A DNA stretch of 64,000 bases, taken from positions 64,001 to 128,000 of IMG/VR virus record IMGVR_UViG_3300028920_000038; one strand, written 5' to 3'. Under the pieces are notes generated by a model. That model saw only the letters and a list, made by a program, of their open reading frames with translations. It did no database searches and was not told where the DNA came from. A program made the position numbers and the translations under genes. This document shows, in pieces, positions 57,584 through 64,000 of the stretch (position 1 is its first letter; every line of letters begins with the position of its first letter). Origin of the DNA: a virus.

Positions 57584-57844
57584 TTAATCACTCATTTCTC
57601 CTAAAGTTGGATCTATTTTTCTTATATCAACTTTTTGTTTACTTCTAACGGTAGAATCCACGGGATATGGAAATTGTTTTATGATAGTATTAGTTGGATT
57701 AGTTCTTCCTGATCCTTCGTCTTCTATTATTTCTAATTCTTCTAAATCTTCTTCATTGTATTTACTTCTATCTAATAGAGCTTTTCGTCTATCTTCCAAG
57801 TAAGATTTTTTAAGAAATTTTTGATTACCATATCCATGTAACAT
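57584..57844 (-). CDS. Hypothetical protein (86 aa)
   Basis: ORF tightly packed within the head operon. Confidence 0.5.
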   Translation of the reverse strand: MLHGYGNQKFLKKSYLEDRRKALLDRSKYNEEDLEELEIIEDEGSGRTNPTNTIIKQFPYPVDSTVRSKQKVDIRKIDPTLGEMSD

Positions 57845-57850
57845 AATTAT

Positions 57851-58120
57851 CTATAACCTTGTATTTCTAGACCTGAAAACTGGAACATAGTATGCTGCTC
57901 CTGTAGGACCGAATGTACTACCAGAAATAATATGAACTTTTAACCATCCTGCAGAACTAACTGTATTAAGAAAATGCCTACCTCCAACAGTACCTCCTGA
58001 ATAACTATATCCATACCAATCATGAGTCATTCTTCCGGATTCGTGAAATAAGAATCCTCTTCCATCATCATTAATTAGTAATTTTTCTACTTCCAATTCT
58101 GGAATCTTAGACCCAGCCAT
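57851..58120 (-). CDS. Small virion protein, paralogue of 58130..58411
   Basis: MAGSKIPELEVEKLLI..GRG...SSAGWLKVHIISGSTFGPTG..YYVP; GGTGA RBS. Confidence 0.6.
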   Translation of the reverse strand: MAGSKIPELEVEKLLINDDGRGFLFHESGRMTHDWYGYSYSGGTVGGRHFLNTVSSAGWLKVHIISGSTFGPTGAAYYVPVFRSRNTRL

Positions 58121-58129
58121 TTAAATCAC

Positions 58130-58411
58130 CTATGATGATAGGTTGGTATCTAAATTGCTATATAATGGTATGTAATAAAGTTGACCTGTAGGTCCGTAAC
58201 TACTTCCAGATATAACATGAACACCAATATATCCAGATGAACTAGCAGCTGGAAAGAATTTTTTACTAGCATTAGATGCTTGAGATGAAATACCAGTCCA
58301 ATCTTGACCTAGATGAAAATTAGTACCGTCATTATATACCAATATTCCTCTACCATTTTTAGTGACTAATAAGTTCTCTACTTCTAATACTGGAATTTTA
58401 GCTCCTGCCAT
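58130..58411 (-). CDS. Small virion protein, paralogue of 57851..58120 (possible capsid decoration)
   Basis: MAGAKIPVLEVENLLV..GRG...SSSGYIGVHVISGSSYGPTG..YYIP. Confidence 0.6.
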   Translation of the reverse strand: MAGAKIPVLEVENLLVTKNGRGILVYNDGTNFHLGQDWTGISSQASNASKKFFPAASSSGYIGVHVISGSSYGPTGQLYYIPLYSNLDTNLSS

Positions 58412-58494
58412 AATTCCAACCTCTTATTTAACATCGAAATTTTAACATAAAATATAAAAGAACATTAAAACATATTTGTAATAATAGATCATTA

Positions 58495-59466
58495 TTACTT
58501 ATGATAAATTATACAACCAGCGGTTTCTCGAAGAACATCAGTTCCAAATCTCATAGTAACAGAGATTCCCATGAGGTCATGGATAGGATCATCATATTCT
58601 TCTACGGTAAGATCTCTTCGCATGCAGATAGCAGCTAGATCAGCTTTTGAAAATACTAATCCAGTTACGTCAGATCCAGCAGTTGTGTCGTCCCAAGTTG
58701 GTGATGAAGCATCTGTTGCTGAACAAGTGTATGGTGCTAATCCCATAAGTTTAGGAACTTCTCCACCAGTTAGAGGGCCTGAACTTCCTGCATATGAAAC
58801 ATATGCTAGATTTGAATCTTGTAATAGATACCCCTCTGCAGTTGGATGAGTCACTAAAATGTCTGGAAGATATCTCTGTGATTTGACTTTGCTTACAGCA
58901 AATGCAATATCAGATACCGCAATATGAGGTCCAGCTGGGTTTACGGTGTTGGTTGATATTTTATTAGATCCCTGTAGAATTGCATAAAGAACTTCTCGAT
59001 TGAGTTTGTTTTCCATACGAGCGCCTGCTTTCTTAAGTTCCAACTCTACAATATCGAAGAGTGAATCTTCAATAAGTTCATTGGTAATCAATGGGCGAGT
59101 ACCGTATTTGCTAATTGTAATATCCTGTTTTGTATATTCCTCAGTATCGATTGGAATCTTAGCTCCTTCAGCCATTTTTTCTGCATAGTTATTCCCTTCA
59201 CTCTTTACAAAGCGAACTGAATATGAATTTGCATTGATGACTGGAACAACTTCTCTCATACATTTGAAAGGTTCTGCACCTTCAATAATAGTTTTGTAAA
59301 CTTCTTCCTGTACAAGAGTTGAATCGTTTATAGCATCAGCTTCAGATTGAAGAAGTTTGTGTGTATCTTTTCCGATAATGTTTCTGAATGCCTCTTTGTT
59401 CAACATCCTTGAACGTTCTGAATTGCCTGCGAAACCGTATTCTAAAAGTTTAGTTAACTTACTCAT
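58495..59466 (-). CDS. Major capsid protein, HK97 fold (323 aa)
   Basis: LVQEEV...IIE, ISKYG.RP.ITNELIEDS.FDI...L..AG..M..K.N..L, P.ILV.HP, LMG, D..GISVTMRFG..VL. Start placed at ATG 59466. Confidence 0.88.
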   Translation of the reverse strand: MSKLTKLLEYGFAGNSERSRMLNKEAFRNIIGKDTHKLLQSEADAINDSTLVQEEVYKTIIEGAEPFKCMREVVPVINANSYSVRFVKSEGNNYAEKMAEGAKIPIDTEEYTKQDITISKYGTRPLITNELIEDSLFDIVELELKKAGARMENKLNREVLYAILQGSNKISTNTVNPAGPHIAVSDIAFAVSKVKSQRYLPDILVTHPTAEGYLLQDSNLAYVSYAGSSGPLTGGEVPKLMGLAPYTCSATDASSPTWDDTTAGSDVTGLVFSKADLAAICMRRDLTVEEYDDPIHDLMGISVTMRFGTDVLRETAGCIIYHK

Positions 59467-59556
59467 TTTATTTCCCTTTATTTTATTATTATAACATACT
59501 GTAAAATTACAGTGAACATAGGACAAATAAACATAAAAAAACATAAAGTTTTAAAA

Positions 59557-59940
59557 TTATTTTAGAAGAACTCTAACTGCTCCATTATTATCTGCATTTT
59601 CTAAAGCGACACCTACACAAACTGCAGTTCCGCCCATAGTACCATGATCATCTACTTTACCAGTTGTGGTTGCATATAAGTCATCTCCAGAATGGATAAC
59701 ACCAGATGCACAACACCTTACGATATTACCAGGTCCATAGACAGCAACTGGTTTTCCAGCAGCTGCTCTATAAGCTGCAACACCAATAACATTATCAGCA
59801 TCATGCGATGCGTGAGCTACACTCATAGTACCAACAGGTGCAACCAAAGCTCCACCAGAAACTGCACTCGATGCTATAAAGCTATAAGCAAAAGTTCCTT
59901 CTTGTACAATGATATCATCACTGGGAGTTACAATAGCCAT
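59557..59940 (-). CDS. Capsid cement/decoration protein (DUF2190-like)
   Basis: F.ASSAV.GG.LV...NVIGVAAY.AAAG..VAV...G.V...A.G.I..GD.LYA...GKV...VGVALE.A....VRVLL; lies between protease and capsid genes. Confidence 0.75.
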   Translation of the reverse strand: MAIVTPSDDIIVQEGTFAYSFIASSAVSGGALVAPVGTMSVAHASHDADNVIGVAAYRAAAGKPVAVYGPGNIVRCCASGVIHSGDDLYATTTGKVDDHGTMGGTAVCVGVALENADNNGAVRVLLK

Positions 59941-59971
59941 ATTTATTTCCTCTTTTTATTTTTTACAGAAT

Positions 59972-61531
59972 TTACATAAACGCTCTAGAGGTGACAATGC
60001 CACGCTCTACGACAATAGGACTCTCTTTCTCTAGTTCCTCTTCTTCATCTTCTGACTTATTAACCGTTTTTGGTTTCGGTTCCTCTTTCTCTTCTTCATC
60101 AGAAGACTTATTTAAGAGTTCTACCTTTTGTTCAAGAGAATTAATAGCATCATCTTTAGCTTTAAGCGAAGCTTTAAGTTCATCAATTTCCTTAGTCTTT
60201 GTTATTTCCTTCAATAGATTATCGATTGAATTCTGTAAACTTTCAATTGCTTTACTGTCTGGATATGGATATTTAGAAGGCTCTTCTTCCTCTTCCTCGT
60301 CCTCTTCTTCATCCTCTTCCATTTTCTCCTCCTCTTCCTCTTCTTCCATAGGTTCTTCTTCTGGCATTTCTTCTTCTTCTGGCTCTTCTTTTTGAACAGT
60401 TTGTTGTACTAGTTCTACTAGAGATTCAATTGTTTTTTCGATGTTTTCTAATCGCTCTTCAACTGATAATTCTTGCACTTCTGATTCGGTTTCTTCAGTT
60501 TCTTCTTCATCGATCTCCTCTTCAGATGTTTTTTCTTTTTGTTCTTCTATTTCTTCGTTCTCTTCTTCTTTCATAGTATCTAACTCATTTGACATACAAC
60601 ATACAGATTTATTCTCTTCCTTACATTTTGAAATAACTATAAAGCCTGATTTAGGATTGACAGGTTCATTGCAAACTGATACTTCGACTATATTAATTTC
60701 ATCTAGGTGTTCCACGCAGGTTTTATCGTCACATTCTTCGTGTGAAAGTAATACTTCACATCCAATTGAGAATCCACTGATATTTTTATTAAGAATTTCT
60801 TCCCAAACTTCATCAGCGGTTTTAATATCTTTCCTAACTTCGGCAACTACAAATAGTCCTTTATCATCCACATGTGTCTTGTATTTACCAAATCCCTCAA
60901 GGATTTTTCCAATTTGTACATTTTGATGGACTAACATCAAGTTCGCGTAATGTGGATCGTCAAGTAAAGTCTTTAATCCTTTTTTAAGAACTTCAGTAGA
61001 TATGAATTGATTATCTTTATCTATAATAGCTACATTAGCATATCCTGCTATAATTCGTCGTTTGCTATTAGCTTTATTAATTACTCTAAGATTACCTTTT
61101 AAATTTAATTTTATATTTCTTGACATATTTATCACATCCATATTTTCTATTGGTACTAGATTTAATTCAAATATTGGAATATAACTGGTATATGATCCAG
61201 TATTATTATAATGAATATGAACATATTTTTTTATATCATCATATTCACATCCTAATATATGCGTGAATAATCGGTAGATTCTAAAATCTACGGCTTCTTT
61301 AACTTTGTCTGAAAGATCTTCACCTCTAACTACTATATCAATATCATTATTACTGAAACCTTCAGTTGCTACTGATCCTACAATCATTGCAAAAGGTTTT
61401 CTTAATGATATATTCTTTATATTTTTTAATATATTCTCTTTTTTAATAAGACTAGATTTCTCTCCTCTACCTGATGGAGGAGTTGGTGCATATTCTATTT
61501 CAGCTTTTTCAGTTAATTCCTTAAGATTCAT
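59972..61531 (-). CDS. Fusion protein: Pol-beta-type nucleotidyltransferase + HK97 prohead protease + acidic scaffold
   Basis: IVGSVATEGFSNNDIDIVV (hGS-x9-DhD); RIIAGYA...D.D.....LVHQ..QIGK...GLFV.AE...ISGFSIG...EVSVC..P.NP protease motifs; Glu-rich coiled-coil tail. Confidence 0.85.
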   Translation of the reverse strand: MNLKELTEKAEIEYAPTPPSGRGEKSSLIKKENILKNIKNISLRKPFAMIVGSVATEGFSNNDIDIVVRGEDLSDKVKEAVDFRIYRLFTHILGCEYDDIKKYVHIHYNNTGSYTSYIPIFELNLVPIENMDVINMSRNIKLNLKGNLRVINKANSKRRIIAGYANVAIIDKDNQFISTEVLKKGLKTLLDDPHYANLMLVHQNVQIGKILEGFGKYKTHVDDKGLFVVAEVRKDIKTADEVWEEILNKNISGFSIGCEVLLSHEECDDKTCVEHLDEINIVEVSVCNEPVNPKSGFIVISKCKEENKSVCCMSNELDTMKEEENEEIEEQKEKTSEEEIDEEETEETESEVQELSVEERLENIEKTIESLVELVQQTVQKEEPEEEEMPEEEPMEEEEEEEKMEEDEEEDEEEEEEPSKYPYPDSKAIESLQNSIDNLLKEITKTKEIDELKASLKAKDDAINSLEQKVELLNKSSDEEEKEEPKPKTVNKSEDEEEELEKESPIVVERGIVTSRAFM

Positions 61532-61758
61532 GTGAATACACCAGATATTAATAGTGTGATTAGTGTAACTCCTAAGGATAATACAACTGATAGACCTCCA
61601 TACAGCGCTGCGTTTTTAAGTCTCATATTTGTAAGTTTATCATTTATCATCTTGATTTCTTTCTTAACTTCCTTAATATCATCATTCATGTATTTTAATG
61701 TAGTTTTGAATTCCGAATTTAAACCTAGCTGTTTCTCGAGAAGTGTTTCATAGTCCAT
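61528..61758 (-). CDS. Coiled-coil protein with C-terminal transmembrane helix (holin/XhlA-like)
   Basis: DIKEVKKEIK coiled coil followed by LYGGLSVVLSLGVTLITLLISG. Confidence 0.5.
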   Translation of the reverse strand: MDYETLLEKQLGLNSEFKTTLKYMNDDIKEVKKEIKMINDKLTNMRLKNAALYGGLSVVLSLGVTLITLLISGVFT

Positions 61759-61761
61759 TAA

Positions 61762-62190
61762 CTATACCCTCACCCACATTTCAATAACAGACGATACCCC
61801 ATTATATTTAAGAGGCATACATGTAACATTATACATGTAATCACTCAAAGGACTTTTAACATTACATCTAGTTACAATTTTATTATATTTTATAGATTCT
61901 TCTAATGGACAATCATGTATTAAACCACAATTTCCCTGAATTCCAGCACATGGAGCCATTATAAATTTATCTGAATCTTGATTAATCTCTTTAAATCTTT
62001 CTCTTATAGATTGATTCAGAAATAATACCAGTTTATCTGTATTTACTATAGCAACACATGTATCTAATGTATCAAAATATTTAGCGAATGAATGAAATAA
62101 AGGACCTCCTTCTGGGGTTTTTTTCAATTCCAATGCTAATTGTTCCATCATTCCATCTATTTTTTTAAGTTTTTTTTCTATTTTATCCAA
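61762..62190 (-). CDS. Stand-alone PAS-like domain protein
   Basis: FDTLDTCVAIVNTDKLVLFLNQS...C......C.....CPL......YNVTCMPL...GV.SVIE PAS pattern; TTG start behind GGTGA. Confidence 0.55.
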   Translation of the reverse strand: MDKIEKKLKKIDGMMEQLALELKKTPEGGPLFHSFAKYFDTLDTCVAIVNTDKLVLFLNQSIRERFKEINQDSDKFIMAPCAGIQGNCGLIHDCPLEESIKYNKIVTRCNVKSPLSDYMYNVTCMPLKYNGVSSVIEMWVRV

Positions 62191-62200
62191 GTACTTTCAC

Positions 62201-62383
62201 CTAAGGCTGTGTCATTGGGATCCAAGTATCACTAGTTGCATCCCATACATATAAACAGCAAGCCAAACCAGCTGAACTAGATAATCCAGATAGACGAAAT
62301 GCTGATATATTGTATATAGAATCTCCTACTGCAGTGGCTCCTGATGTACTTGAACTATATCTAAAACTTCCTAATACGCTCAT
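62201..62383 (-). CDS. Small Ser-rich probable virion protein (60 aa)
   Basis: ORF with GAGAG RBS; C-terminal LYVWDATSDTWIPM fibre-like turn motif. Confidence 0.5.
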   Translation of the reverse strand: MSVLGSFRYSSSTSGATAVGDSIYNISAFRLSGLSSSAGLACCLYVWDATSDTWIPMTQP

Positions 62384-62415
62384 TTACTCTCTCTTTTTTA
62401 TTTGTACATATAACA

Positions 62416-63657
62416 TTATTTTAATTTACTTGAAAATAACTTTATAGAATCTTCTCGATAATCTTCTCTGCCAAATCCATCCACTTTGTCCGATGGAACT
62501 AAATAGTGATAGGATATGTCAGAATGCTGTATACTATCCATAGGTCTTGAATCTGATATAGCTTTCCAAATTTCCCATCTTGAAGTTCCTTCATTATCTT
62601 GAAGACATTTTATTATGAATTTACCATCATATATATCGGATTTACCTTCTTTTTTATACATGAATAGTTCGTGAAGATCATGACGTTGACATCCTGTTAT
62701 TACTTCTCCAGACCAGATATGCATCATATAAGAATATGTGTTTTTAGTTGCTCCTATTCCACCAGGTTCTATCCAATAGGAGGATTCACCTAGGTCTAAA
62801 GACTCTGCTAATTTAGCTCCTTCTTCATCTATGGATGGAGTGTATTCAGAAGGTTGAGATGATTCTGGATCTACCTTATAGAATTTCTCAGGACTTTCAT
62901 CTGGAGGTTCACCCGATGGTTTTGAAACTACTTTAGAATGCTGTACATTCATAACTCCTCCAGCAGTTTCTCTTTTTTCTCCTTTCATCATTCGGACCAT
63001 TGATTGGATATCATTTTCAGTTATTACATATTGAACTAATTTTTCTAATCCATCATAATCTATGCGAAGATCTATATGAACAGAATTACCTAAGAATGAT
63101 TCCCAGAGTTTCATTTTACCAGATTTTACTTTTTCATAATCTTCTGGATCTATACCTCTGAGATGGATTTGAGCCCAAGCTTTACCTTTCTTTTGATCAG
63201 TATATAACATTTTCGGTAGAGGTAACTTTTCTTTAGCTAATTCATTATAGATTTTTTTAGGAATTCTTTTTTTATTTACCCATTCTAAAACTTCATCTTT
63301 GGCTATTTCAGCTAGTTCTATGATTGAAGATATACTAATAGGATATTTATACGATAATTCTTTTAAATCTTCTTCTGTTGGTAATTCTAATTCATCTAAT
63401 TTACATAGATGATAATCTCTTGAATTTGATATTATATATTTCTTCTCCGAAAGTTCTTTTTGTTTTTCTAAATATTTCTCTTCTAAATCTATATATTCTT
63501 TTCCTATTTCTTCTAATTCTTCTCGTTGTTTATGAAGCTTCTTGGAATCCTCTTTAAAGAATTCCTTGAGCTTATCTAGCTGTTCGCTAATTATACTATA
63601 TTCTTCTTTAACTTTTTCTATTCTTCTATTATATTCAGTTAATAATATATCTTTCAT
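62416..63657 (-). CDS. Coiled coil plus LigD 3'-phosphoesterase (PE)-like domain
   Basis: AQIHLRG...SVHIDLR (QxH...HxDxR metal motif) and PGGIGAT...IWSG...DGKFIIK, like the PE C-terminal strands. Confidence 0.55.
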   Translation of the reverse strand: MKDILLTEYNRRIEKVKEEYSIISEQLDKLKEFFKEDSKKLHKQREELEEIGKEYIDLEEKYLEKQKELSEKKYIISNSRDYHLCKLDELELPTEEDLKELSYKYPISISSIIELAEIAKDEVLEWVNKKRIPKKIYNELAKEKLPLPKMLYTDQKKGKAWAQIHLRGIDPEDYEKVKSGKMKLWESFLGNSVHIDLRIDYDGLEKLVQYVITENDIQSMVRMMKGEKRETAGGVMNVQHSKVVSKPSGEPPDESPEKFYKVDPESSQPSEYTPSIDEEGAKLAESLDLGESSYWIEPGGIGATKNTYSYMMHIWSGEVITGCQRHDLHELFMYKKEGKSDIYDGKFIIKCLQDNEGTSRWEIWKAISDSRPMDSIQHSDISYHYLVPSDKVDGFGREDYREDSIKLFSSKLK

Positions 63658-63659
63658 AT

Positions 63660-63998
63660 TTACTCTTCATCTATTTCAAAATTCCGAAGAAACTTTTCAA
63701 GAGATTCGTCATCTAATGTAGTAATTACCATTTGCATCATTTTATTTATTTTAGTATCTAATTTTTCGAATTCCTTTTCATTAGTTTTTTCCATAATTTC
63801 TTTAGACATATTTTTGAGTTCATCTATAGAATCGTCTATTATTTTAGTAGCTTCACTATAATTCTTGTCAGAATTTTTTATATTTTTCTTTATTAAATTT
63901 AACTTTTCTGTTAGTCTATCTATTTGTAGAATTATCTCATCTTTGGATTCTTCTATTGTTTTGATTTCATCTTTGTGTTTTTTATTTGTAGATTTCTC
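63660..63998 (-). CDS. Partial CDS (3' end of a coiled-coil protein running in from the window edge)
   Basis: Open frame EKSTNKKHKDEIKTIEESKDEIILQIDRLTEK...ESLEKFLRNFEIDEE*; stop lies 2 nt before ATG 63657. Confidence 0.7.
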   Translation of the reverse strand, partial: EKSTNKKHKDEIKTIEESKDEIILQIDRLTEKLNLIKKNIKNSDKNYSEATKIIDDSIDELKNMSKEIMEKTNEKEFEKLDTKINKMMQMVITTLDDESLEKFLRNFEIDEE

Positions 63999-64000
63999 TA

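Noticed and set aside
59991-61753. Ser/Phe-rich + strand ORFs (59991..60395, 60441..60926, 61305..61535, 61532..61753)
   Set aside because: Antisense artefacts of the Glu/Lys-rich scaffold and neighbouring genes (GAA read as TTC/TCT).
1-64000. tRNA/rRNA genes, integrase, att sites, IS elements, tail sheath
   Set aside because: None recognised by eye; intergenic gaps are short and AT-rich. A tRNAscan/Infernal run would be needed to exclude small RNAs formally.

Overview
The window is a 64-kb, very AT-rich (roughly 30% GC by eye) piece of a large tailed dsDNA virus (Caudoviricetes) with two convergent gene blocks. No host housekeeping genes, integrase, rRNA/tRNA or CRISPR array were recognised. 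No tail sheath was seen, so the morphology is probably siphovirus-like. GGTGA/GGAG ribosome-binding sites and an archaeal-looking Hsp20 suggest an archaeal host, but that is inference. (1) Bases 1-20194 (+ strand) hold a dense glycan-biosynthesis locus: about 7 glycosyltransferase-like genes, GalU, Ugd, an RmlB-like dehydratase, an epimerase, C- and O-methyltransferases, PIG-L/WbqC and a radical SAM enzyme. It includes a complete, miniaturised phosphonate pathway: cytidylyltransferase-PEP mutase fusion, split phosphonopyruvate decarboxylase and Fe-alcohol dehydrogenase, predicted to yield (CMP-)2-hydroxyethylphosphonate. (2) Bases 20310-64000 (- strand) hold the virion module: a LigD phosphoesterase-like protein, a lone PAS domain, a nucleotidyltransferase-prohead protease-scaffold fusion, cement protein, HK97-type major capsid protein, head-tail joining proteins, two tail tube paralogues, a tail chaperone with an apparent +1 frameshift at TCC TTT CGT TGA, about 15 kb of mosaic fibre genes inserted before a 2082-aa tape measure protein, a hub, three paralogous Dit-like proteins and a 1408-aa repeat fibre. 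The leading hypothesis for an undescribed system is a virus that makes its own phosphonate-bearing, methylated glycan and attaches it to outer virion proteins, which are strongly enriched in a hydrophobic-Ser-Gly/Ser motif. All calls come from motif recognition by eye; no database search was run.
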